From: Clostridia bacterium
GTDB taxonomy: Bacteria > Bacillota > Clostridia > TANB77 > CAG-465
Assembly (NCBI GenBank): GCA_045651205.1
Contig: JAZRSA010000050.1
Span: 29,723 to 93,722, forward strand
Length of the DNA: 64,000 nt
Direction: 5' to 3'
This document shows positions 37,810-48,012 of the stretch, one piece after another. The stretch's first letter is position 1; every line of letters begins with the position of its first letter. The notes beneath the pieces were generated by a model. It was not told the origin of the DNA. It did no database searches and saw nothing but the letters and a program-made list of their open reading frames with translations. The translations under genes were made by a program, and so were the position numbers.

Positions 37810-38988
37810 TTATTTATCCATATACATTGTCAATTTGTTATCTGTTATGTGGCATTCTTTTAAATCTCCTGCAATATATTTTAAGAATGTTGTGGCACTC
37901 TTTGCGTTATAGTCTTCCATAAGAATAGTTTGTTTTTTAGCATTTATATATGTTGGTGTTATTTCTATTTTCTTCAGATTACCTTGTTCGTTAAATGTTA
38001 AATCAAATATACCACCTTTTTTTCCACTTTCATAACTTGTGTCATGTATTAAATACCCCAAGCTATATATTATTGGTTTATCTTTATATATTTCTATTGG
38101 ATATACACCTAATGCGTGTGATCCAAGCACTACATCAGCTCCTGCTTTTATTAAAGCCCTGTATGTATTCTTCATACCAGAAGTTACTGTGTGAGAATTT
38201 TCATTTCCTAAGTGTGCCATAACAATAACTGCTGACGCACTTTCTTTTGCTTTTTCTATTAATGTTTTTACATTATTTAAGTTATACATCATTATTCCTG
38301 CAGAAGTATATGTTTTTTCGCTACCTATTGCTTCATTACATACACCTATTATTGCAACTTTAACCCCATCTTTTTCTACATAAATTATAGAATTATTAAG
38401 ACCTATTAAATCATAGTCTTCAGATAGCATCTTTTTAGTATCATTAAATATTTCTTTACCAAAATCCATTATGTGATCTGTTGCTACATTTAATCCATCT
38501 ATTCCTAAGGCGTTAAATGCATTATCTATGTCTGCTGTAACAATATATTTTGAGTTTGTATCGCCTAAAGTTTCTAAGTCTACCATATTAGTAGCTAAGT
38601 GCGCCATTGTATAGTCTGAATCTTTAGTGTACTCAGATACATATCTAAAGGCACTCATGTAATTATATTCTACATTCTTGCCTACTTTTCCACCCATCAT
38701 TATTTCACCAAGCGCAGTTATCTTTAATTCTTTAACCGGTTCATATCCATCTTCTTCATCAAAAACATCAACGCTCGCATCCGACTCTATAATCTCACTG
38801 TTTGATTCATATATATTTTGTGCTTTTCTCTCTATAGAATTAAATAACATTTTTGCGCCTGCACCTATACTCGCGCACACAAATATTCCAGCAAGTCCAA
38901 GTGCAATAAATTTTAAGTTTATATTATATCCGCTAGCACCCTTTCTTCTTCTAGTAATTGTACGACCACGTCTTGTATTGTTCCACAT
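37810..38988 (-). CDS. CapA/PgsA-like metallophosphatase-fold protein with degenerate motifs
   Basis: GEIMMG, ATDHIMDFG, AHLGNE, GADVVLGSH, PIIYSLG; N-terminal TM helix. Confidence 0.8.
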   Translation of the reverse strand: MWNNTRRGRTITRRRKGASGYNINLKFIALGLAGIFVCASIGAGAKMLFNSIERKAQNIYESNSEIIESDASVDVFDEEDGYEPVKELKITALGEIMMGGKVGKNVEYNYMSAFRYVSEYTKDSDYTMAHLATNMVDLETLGDTNSKYIVTADIDNAFNALGIDGLNVATDHIMDFGKEIFNDTKKMLSEDYDLIGLNNSIIYVEKDGVKVAIIGVCNEAIGSEKTYTSAGIMMYNLNNVKTLIEKAKESASAVIVMAHLGNENSHTVTSGMKNTYRALIKAGADVVLGSHALGVYPIEIYKDKPIIYSLGYLIHDTSYESGKKGGIFDLTFNEQGNLKKIEITPTYINAKKQTILMEDYNAKSATTFLKYIAGDLKECHITDNKLTMYMDK

Positions 38989-40205
38989 AACCTCTTATCT
39001 CCTTTAACACATACCTTTATATAATTTTCTGTATACCCTAATAGGACTCCGTTTTCATAATTTTCAAAAAGGACTTTTACCTTTTTACCCAAATACATAT
39101 TTAAGAATTCTTTGTTTAATCTTTTACTTAAAGAAAGTACTACATTACTTCTTTCTTTTTTAATATTTCCATCTACTTGTTTATCCATCTTAGCAGCTCT
39201 AGTATAATTACGTTTAGAATACTTAAATACATGTATTTCTGTAAGCCCCATTTTATTTATTGTATCTATTGTATCTTCAAATTCTTCATTTGTTTCGCCA
39301 GGGAATCCAACAATTACATCAGCCGCAAGATATGGATTTACAAAGTATTTCTTAAGATTAGAACAAACCTCTATAAGCAGTTCTTTAGAATATTTTCTAT
39401 TCATTCTCTTTAACACTTCTGTATTTCCACTTTGCATTGAAATGTGAAAATGTGGACATAGTTTTTTATATTTACTTAATCTTTGTATATTTGTTTCAGT
39501 TAGAAATTTAGGCATTAAAGAACTTAATCTTATTCTTTCGATTCCTTCTATTTCTTCTAGTTTATCTATTACATCAAATAAATCTAGATTTTCTAAATCT
39601 TGACCATAAGATGCAACCTCTATACCTACTAAAATTATTTCTTTAACATTAGCAGCAGCTAAAGATTTTGCCTCTTTAACAATACTATCTAATTCTCTAC
39701 TTCTAACTCTACCCCTTACGTATGGTATTATACAATACGAACAGAAGTTATTGCAACCATCTTCTATCTTAATTTCTTCACGAATTTCATATCCGCTTTT
39801 CATTATACCAACATCTTGATATTTTTTAACAGCATTTACATCTGTAAGTATTGTTTTGTTTTCTTTATTTTTCACGCATTCTTCTACTATTTCTAATAGA
39901 TTAGATTTATCTTCATTACCTAGAATAATATCTGCTTCAAATTCCTCTAATTGTTCTTTCTTACCTTCTACACTGCAGCCTAAAACAGCAACAAGAGCCT
40001 CTTTATTTTGTTTTCTTGCTTTAGATAACATTTGTCTTGTTTTTCTATCGCTCATATTGGTAACAGAACAAGAATTTACAACATATATATCTGATTTAGA
40101 CTCAAAATCTACAATAGTATGTCCTGCTTGCTCGAATTTTTCTTTTAACAAATCTGTTTCGTAATGATTTACTTTACAGCCTAGTGTTAAAAATGCTACT
40201 TTCAT
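38919..40205 (-). CDS. mtaB: tRNA t6A37 methylthiotransferase
   Basis: TLGCKVNHYET, NSCSVT, GCNNFCSYCIIP, GFPGET, TRAM-like end GYTENY. Confidence 0.93.
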   Translation of the reverse strand: MKVAFLTLGCKVNHYETDLLKEKFEQAGHTIVDFESKSDIYVVNSCSVTNMSDRKTRQMLSKARKQNKEALVAVLGCSVEGKKEQLEEFEADIILGNEDKSNLLEIVEECVKNKENKTILTDVNAVKKYQDVGIMKSGYEIREEIKIEDGCNNFCSYCIIPYVRGRVRSRELDSIVKEAKSLAAANVKEIILVGIEVASYGQDLENLDLFDVIDKLEEIEGIERIRLSSLMPKFLTETNIQRLSKYKKLCPHFHISMQSGNTEVLKRMNRKYSKELLIEVCSNLKKYFVNPYLAADVIVGFPGETNEEFEDTIDTINKMGLTEIHVFKYSKRNYTRAAKMDKQVDGNIKKERSNVVLSLSKRLNKEFLNMYLGKKVKVLFENYENGVLLGYTENYIKVCVKGDKRLCGTIQDVVVQLLEEERVLADII

Positions 40206-41341
40206 TATTTACCCTCGTTATATATTCTTATTACTTCATCAACGACCGTTTTAGATGAGTTTGGTTTACCTATAACCTTACACATCTCAATCATTTGATT
40301 TACTCTCTTTTCGTTATGCATAGCTATATCCAGAACATGTTCAATTGGTTCATTTTTATATGTTCTTATAGCCGTACCGTTGTTTATAAAATAGTTTGCA
40401 TTTTGTTCTTCTTGTCCAGGTATTGGATTAATTATTACCATTGGTTTGCACATAGCTAAACATTCTGTCGATGTTAATCCACCTGGTTTAGTTATTACAA
40501 AATCACTTATTGCCATTAACTCTGGTACTTGGTTAGTATAACCTAAAACAGTTATATTTTTACCTGAAGTTGATGCAATATTTTCAAATCTATTTTTTTG
40601 TTTTTCATTTCTACCTGTTACCGCAATTAATTGTAGATCATACTTAGTATTTAATAATTCCGCAAATATTTTTTCGGATTTACCAAGTCCTAATCCGCCA
40701 CCTGCAAAGAATAATAATGTTTTCTTATTTTCTTCTAAGTTAAATTCGCGTCTTAATGCTTCTTTATCATACTCTTTGCTAAATCTTGGTGATACAGGTA
40801 TTCCTGTAACCATTATTTTAGATTCAGGTATATTATATTTTCTTATACAATCTTGTTTCATTTCAGTTGTAGCAACCATAAGTCTATCTATATGCTCATG
40901 TTCTTCAACCCACATATTGTGAATTCCATAGTCTGTCATAATACTTACTATACTTGCTCTAACTTTCCCTTTTCTTTTTAGATATGCACACATATGTGAT
41001 ACGAATGGATGCGTAGAAACTATAACATCTGGATCTGTCTTTCTTATCATCTTCTTTAAACGAATTGTAAGAGCTTTATTTACCATCTTATTAATTTCAC
41101 CAATTGTATTAAGTTCTGCTTTATCCGAACGTCTATACATTGTTCCCCATAATTTAGGCGCGTGTCTAGTTACAGATGCATATCCTTTAACTATTAATTT
41201 ATTTGTTAATGCAGAAGAATACTCAAGGCCATCTTCGTAGACAACCTCAACACCTTCGTGTGATTCTAGAACCTCTTTAACAGATTCCGCTGCTTTTAAG
41301 TGTCCATTTCCTACTTTAGCATATAACAATAATACTTTCAT
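40205..41341 (-). CDS. Diacylglycerol glycosyltransferase (MGDG synthase/UgtP-like, GT28)
   Basis: GNGH..AA, STHPF, TDY..H..W, TGIPV, TKPGGLT, PIPGQEEQNA; start after AAGGAG. Confidence 0.9.
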   Translation of the reverse strand: MKVLLLYAKVGNGHLKAAESVKEVLESHEGVEVVYEDGLEYSSALTNKLIVKGYASVTRHAPKLWGTMYRRSDKAELNTIGEINKMVNKALTIRLKKMIRKTDPDVIVSTHPFVSHMCAYLKRKGKVRASIVSIMTDYGIHNMWVEEHEHIDRLMVATTEMKQDCIRKYNIPESKIMVTGIPVSPRFSKEYDKEALRREFNLEENKKTLLFFAGGGLGLGKSEKIFAELLNTKYDLQLIAVTGRNEKQKNRFENIASTSGKNITVLGYTNQVPELMAISDFVITKPGGLTSTECLAMCKPMVIINPIPGQEEQNANYFINNGTAIRTYKNEPIEHVLDIAMHNEKRVNQMIEMCKVIGKPNSSKTVVDEVIRIYNEGK

Positions 41342-41465
41342 AAATTCATTTCTCCTTAATTGAAATAACAATATATTTTGTATATTCCAACACATGTGTA
41401 TTATACCACTTTATATACACATTTGCAAGAAATATACAATTAGTACATTTTGTTAAATTATATAT

Positions 41466-41498
41466 AAAAACATCTAAACACAACTGTATTTAGATGTT
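41466..41498 (-). terminator. Hairpin downstream of the Rpn gene
   Basis: AACATCTAAA-cacaactgta-TTTAGATGTT. Confidence 0.75.
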
Positions 41499-41506
41499 AA
41501 TTTATT

Positions 41507-41863
41507 TTATTCTTTTAATTTAGAAATATCCTCATAAGATAATTCTGTTATTTCAACTATCTCATTAATTTCCATGCCTTTTTTTAATAACTTTTTAGCT
41601 ATTTCTTTTTTGCTTTCTTTCTCGCCCTGTTCAATTCCTTGCTTGATTCCTTGTTCAATTCCTTGCTTGATTCCTTGCTCAATTCCTTGCTCAATTCCTT
41701 TTTCAAGCCCAATTCTAGTTGCCTCTTCAGTTGCATATGACAAAGCTGCTTTTTCGTCACGAATATACTTTTGTTTAAGCTCAGCTATTCTTCTTATTTC
41801 ATAATCCCCACTTACACTTCTTAATTCTTCTTTTGCTTCTTTAACTCCTGTATTTTTTTCCAT
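41507..41863 (-). CDS. Putative internally initiated small C-terminal Rpn protein (118 aa)
   Basis: In-frame AAGGAGGT-agattgtatc-ATG inside the Rpn gene, upstream of the GIEQ repeats. Confidence 0.5.
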   Translation of the reverse strand: MEKNTGVKEAKEELRSVSGDYEIRRIAELKQKYIRDEKAALSYATEEATRIGLEKGIEQGIEQGIKQGIEQGIKQGIEQGEKESKKEIAKKLLKKGMEINEIVEITELSYEDISKLKE

Positions 41864-42445
41864 GATACAATCTACCTCCTTAGAATTTGGATCATCAAAA
41901 AACATCATCCATTGGCATATTCTATCTTCCTTATTTTCCAAATACAATTTCTTTGCCTTTGGTAATTCTATTATAATTAATTCAAATTTATTTGTCAATA
42001 ATTTCATACCAGTAGTGTTGTCTCTCATTTGCCATTTTGTATTTATTTTTTCAACATCTTTTAATTCATTAACTTCATGATCTACTATTACTATACTTAT
42101 ACATCTATTTATTTCTTTGTATTCTTCTCCATAATCTAATTGTCTTGAATATGTGTCTGCCAGATAATATAGAAATCTATCACATTCATTTTTATATTTC
42201 TTTATCTGTATTTCTACATTACAATTAGTGTGATCTTCTAGTTCTACTCTTAAATCCATTATTCCCAACTTTTCTTCTGCTGCTTTTATATCCATGTATC
42301 TATCTAAGTTTGCTATTATTTTTACTTTTTCTTCTAATACATCTGTTAAAAAAGCTTCTGTTAATCTGTTATTTGATTCCCTAAATAGTGCGTGAAATAC
42401 TATGTCTATTTTAGGGCTTAACAATTCTATCTCTTTATTTTCCAT
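41507..42445 (-). CDS. Rpn-family recombination-promoting nuclease / PD-(D/E)XK putative transposase
   Basis: SPKIDIVFHALF, MDLRV..NVEIQ, RFLYY, IELPK, W..FF, C-terminal (GIEQ)n and EIAKKL..G..I.EIT.LS. Confidence 0.92.
   Translation of the reverse strand: MENKEIELLSPKIDIVFHALFRESNNRLTEAFLTDVLEEKVKIIANLDRYMDIKAAEEKLGIMDLRVELEDHTNCNVEIQIKKYKNECDRFLYYLADTYSRQLDYGEEYKEINRCISIVIVDHEVNELKDVEKINTKWQMRDNTTGMKLLTNKFELIIIELPKAKKLYLENKEDRICQWMMFFDDPNSKEVDCIMEKNTGVKEAKEELRSVSGDYEIRRIAELKQKYIRDEKAALSYATEEATRIGLEKGIEQGIEQGIKQGIEQGIKQGIEQGEKESKKEIAKKLLKKGMEINEIVEITELSYEDISKLKE
41628..41705 (-). repeat. 12-bp coding repeats (GI[E/K]Q)n
   Basis: Repeated TCAATTCCTTG / TTGATTCCTTG units. Confidence 0.9.
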
Positions 42446-42643
42446 TTACTTACCTCCTATTTTGAAAAAACTAATATATGATTAAATTTATTTGAATTAA
42501 AAAAACTTTGAAAATAAAATACTTTTGACTTAATACATTTGAATAAATTATATTGGAGCTAAAGTAAAGATATTATATCTCCAAAACACAGTAACTGCAA
42601 GAAAAATCGTTCGTCAAGTTTTGACTAAAATCTTCAAAAAAAG

Positions 42644-42682
42644 AAAAAAACACCTAAATATATTTTTATATTTAGATGTTTT
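42644..42682 (-). terminator. ligA terminator, similar in sequence to the hairpin at 41466
   Basis: AAAACACCTAAATA...TATTTAGATGTTTT. Confidence 0.8.
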
Positions 42683-42704
42683 CTTTTTAATCTATATTAT
42701 TTAA

Positions 42705-44744
<2,040 letters not shown>

Positions 44745-44769
44745 TTACCTCTTATAACAACCATAAATA

Positions 44770-45498
44770 TTATTGTCTAATATCTATATATTTTCCACAT
44801 TTTCTTACATAGTCTATTGTAGACCAAACTGTAAATATTACTGCACCAATTAATGAAATGCTAAATCCTACATTTAGTAGTAATTCTCCAAATCCCATCA
44901 ATCTTCCTTGTGTAGACATGAATTTAAATAATCCATTAGTATCTAATAATCCTAAAGTTATTGTTACCATTTGGAATGCAGTTTTAATTTTTCCATAAAC
45001 ACCTGCAGAAATTGTAACACCTGCTTCTGTACCGAACATTCTTATTGTATTTAATAAGAAATCTCTACATACTACTAAAACTGTTACCCATGCTGGAACT
45101 ACACCTAAACCTGTTAACATTATAAATCCTGATGCAACTAATATCTTATCTGCTAATGGATCCATAAGTTTTCCAAATCTAGTTACTATATTTTTCTTTC
45201 TTGCTATCTTTCCATCAACCCAGTCAGTTAATGATGCTAGTATAAATATACCTAATGCTATATATCTTAATCCTACCCATAAATCTTCCAATAATAATAG
45301 AACTACAAATACTGGTACTAAGCATATTCTAATTACTGTAAGTATGTTTGGTAGATTTATTTTTTCTTTCTTTACTTTTTCTTTCTTTTCCACCTTAACT
45401 TCAGCAGCTACTTCTTCTACCGCTTCAACTTTTACTTCTTCTTTAACTTCGTTTATTTCTACCTTTAATTCTTTTTCCTTTTTTGCTGATTTTTTCAT
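44770..45498 (-). CDS. pgsA: CDP-diacylglycerol--glycerol-3-phosphate 3-phosphatidyltransferase
   Basis: NLPNILT..R, TDWVDGKIAR..GKLMDPLADK; charged N-terminal extension. Confidence 0.94.
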   Translation of the reverse strand: MKKSAKKEKELKVEINEVKEEVKVEAVEEVAAEVKVEKKEKVKKEKINLPNILTVIRICLVPVFVVLLLLEDLWVGLRYIALGIFILASLTDWVDGKIARKKNIVTRFGKLMDPLADKILVASGFIMLTGLGVVPAWVTVLVVCRDFLLNTIRMFGTEAGVTISAGVYGKIKTAFQMVTITLGLLDTNGLFKFMSTQGRLMGFGELLLNVGFSISLIGAVIFTVWSTIDYVRKCGKYIDIRQ

Positions 45499-45633
45499 TT
45501 TAAATCTCCCTCTCTAATGCAATTATTATATTACATGAACACATATATTTCAAGTAGTAAACTATGTTAAATTAAAGTCTAGTAATTTATTTTAATATGG
45601 TATATAATTTAAAACAAATAAAGGAGTAAACAA

Positions 45634-45942
45634 ATGGAATACATATATTTTGGAGCATATTTTTTAATAATTAACATCATAGGATTTGTTATGATGTATT
45701 CAGATAAACAAAAAGCAAAAAAAGATCAATATAGAACGCGAGAAAAATCTTTCTTTGTTGTTTCTCTTCTTCTAGGCGGAATTGGAACATATATTGGCAT
45801 GTATAAATTTAGGCACAAAACACGTCACAATCTATTTACAATAGGAATTCCTGTTATGATAGTAATAAACATAGTTAGTATATATTTTATCCTTACAGAA
45901 GGATACCTTTTCTATATAGCTGAAATAATTAAAACAATGTAA
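45634..45942 (+). CDS. DUF1294-family membrane protein
   Basis: DKQKA..YR.RE..GG.G...GMY.FRHKT. Confidence 0.88.
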   Translation: MEYIYFGAYFLIINIIGFVMMYSDKQKAKKDQYRTREKSFFVVSLLLGGIGTYIGMYKFRHKTRHNLFTIGIPVMIVINIVSIYFILTEGYLFYIAEIIKTM

Positions 45943-45998
45943 AGAAAATATATAAAAAAGAAATAATAAAATCACTTGTTATACATAATATATAACAG

Positions 45999-46559
45999 GT
46001 GATTATTTTGTTTAATTTAACTTATAAAAACGTAATTAAAATAGGATATGCAATATGCTTAGTAGCCGGCTTTCTACTTCACTTTGCATATGATTTCTTT
46101 AACGACAACTTTATTATTGGATTATTTACTCCAGTAAATGAAAGTGTTTCTGAACATCTAAAACTTATCTTCTTGCCATTTACATTATTTACAATATTCT
46201 TCTACTTCTACTCTAAAAAGAAGTTAACAAATGTATTTCTAACATCCTTCATAGCAAACATATTAGGTATACTTGCAACAACTATTTCTTTTTATATAGG
46301 AATACAATTCTTAGGAATGAACAACACTATCTTTAACATTGGCACATATATAATAGGTATGACTATATCTTTTATTACATTCTATCTAGGTCTATACATC
46401 GATACATTTCAAGATGCCACAAAAGATTCGAATGCACTTGGAATATGTACACTTCTACTTCTTACAACATTATTTATAGTTAATACATTACTACCACTCA
46501 AACTACCTATTAACAAAGATCCTGTAACAAGTACTTATGGATTGTTTAAGATAAAATAA
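45999..46559 (+). CDS. Membrane protein (DUF6512-like)
   Basis: LHFAYD..FTPVNESVSEHLKL..P, C-terminal DPVT..YG. Confidence 0.75.
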   Translation: MIILFNLTYKNVIKIGYAICLVAGFLLHFAYDFFNDNFIIGLFTPVNESVSEHLKLIFLPFTLFTIFFYFYSKKKLTNVFLTSFIANILGILATTISFYIGIQFLGMNNTIFNIGTYIIGMTISFITFYLGLYIDTFQDATKDSNALGICTLLLLTTLFIVNTLLPLKLPINKDPVTSTYGLFKIK

Positions 46560-46588
46560 AACACAGAAACAAATAGTTTCTGTGTTTT
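46558..46588. terminator. Bidirectional intrinsic terminator
   Basis: AAAACACAGAAAC-aaata-GTTTCTGTGTTTT. Confidence 0.85.
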
Positions 46589-46593
46589 TATTA

Positions 46594-47913
46594 TTAACCA
46601 GTACATACTACGCTACTAACTTCAACTAAAGGTGAATTATAATCATACCAATATGTTCCTTTAGATACCTTGTTCCAATTAGTTGTTGTTCCTTTATATG
46701 TTATGCTTTTTAAATAACAACCTGAAAAAGCATAATTCCCTATTGAAGCTATTCCCGTATTAAATGTTAATTTTTCCAAATTTTCCGCATTTTCAAAGGC
46801 AGAACCAGCAATTGTTGTAACATTACTTGGTATTTCCACCTCTTTTAATCCCTCTGCAAAATAAAAAGCTGAACCATCTATAGTTTTTACAGTTGATGCT
46901 ATCTTTAAATCTGCTGTACTATTCCTACCTCCTATACTAGTTAAAGAAGTACATCCATAGAACATTTCAAATGGGATTTTTTCCCAACCTTCGGGTATTG
47001 TTACATTGTTTAATTTTTCACATCTCAAAAATATAGACTCTCCAAATGTTTTTATATTATTTGAAATTTCTATACTACAACCACTACCTATAGTACCAAT
47101 GCTAGTAAAATTGCAATATGCAAGAGAATAATCTCCTATCTCAGTTACACTATTAGGTATTACGATTTTTGTTATTTTATCACAATTTTCAAACATATGG
47201 TCCCCTACCACAGTTAATCCATATGGTAATGTTGCAGTTTCAAGATTTGCCGCACCATAAAACCAATAAGTAGTATAATTAGGGATAGCTCCTTCTTCAA
47301 ATACAACATCTATTATATTAGACATTTCTGAAAGCCATGGCACTTCATCATAGTAATATTCTGCCGTTTTCCATCCAGTGTACGTTTTTGTACTTCCATC
47401 ATTTTTATATAAAGTTGATATTCCATTAGCAGCAAAAACAAAAGTCCCTGCATCATATACTGTAACAGGCGGTTCTTCATCTTCTGGAATAGTCGGATTG
47501 TTGTTATTGTTATTGTTATTGTTATTGTTATTGTTATTATTGTTTGCAATACCATCAAATACTATATTTATATCATTGCCTCCATTTTGAGAAATTGTTA
47601 CATTAAAACCACTTTTTGTTGTTACTTTCTTACTTCCATCTGCATTTGTTATTACTCCAGATTCTATTATTCCTTTATTTGTTAACTCTGTAATATATGT
47701 ATCTACGGTTATTTCACCTAGATTATCTGTAAGTATTCCATTCTTTATTACTTGTAGCCTTGTATATTCTTCATTGTAATTTTGGTTACTTACTGTATTC
47801 TTTGAACGTCCTATTATTCCACTATCTTCTAATGCAATTATTACTGTCGCTGCAAGTATTGCCATTACAAGTATGGTTATACTTAATACTATTAAAGATA
47901 TTCCCTTTCGCAT
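46594..47913 (-). CDS. Type IV pilin-like protein, class A N-terminus, poly-Asn linker, BspA-type leucine-rich repeats
   Basis: MRKG-ISLIVLSITILVMAILAA after AAGGAG; IPNSVTEIG/IPSNVTTIAGSAF LRR_5 units. Confidence 0.9.
   Translation of the reverse strand: MRKGISLIVLSITILVMAILAATVIIALEDSGIIGRSKNTVSNQNYNEEYTRLQVIKNGILTDNLGEITVDTYITELTNKGIIESGVITNADGSKKVTTKSGFNVTISQNGGNDINIVFDGIANNNNNNNNNNNNNNNNPTIPEDEEPPVTVYDAGTFVFAANGISTLYKNDGSTKTYTGWKTAEYYYDEVPWLSEMSNIIDVVFEEGAIPNYTTYWFYGAANLETATLPYGLTVVGDHMFENCDKITKIVIPNSVTEIGDYSLAYCNFTSIGTIGSGCSIEISNNIKTFGESIFLRCEKLNNVTIPEGWEKIPFEMFYGCTSLTSIGGRNSTADLKIASTVKTIDGSAFYFAEGLKEVEIPSNVTTIAGSAFENAENLEKLTFNTGIASIGNYAFSGCYLKSITYKGTTTNWNKVSKGTYWYDYNSPLVEVSSVVCTG
47497..47544 (-). 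repeat. Simple sequence repeat encoding 16 Asn, with (TTGTTA)x6 core
   Basis: Six perfect hexamers at 47501-47536. Confidence 0.95.
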
Positions 47914-47976
47914 CTTTTGTTTCTCCTTTATTTTATACATCTATACTATTACATATTTTATTTTTTGTAAATACAA

Positions 47977-48005
47977 AAACAACGCATTTTTTATATGCGT
48001 TGTTT
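47977..48005 (-). terminator. Intrinsic terminator
   Basis: AAACAACGCAT...ATGCGTTGTTT. Confidence 0.85.
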
Positions 48006-48012
48006 ATATATT

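Noticed and set aside
47313-47590. ITITIT and poly-Leu ORFs
   Set aside because: Other frames of the poly-Asn microsatellite.
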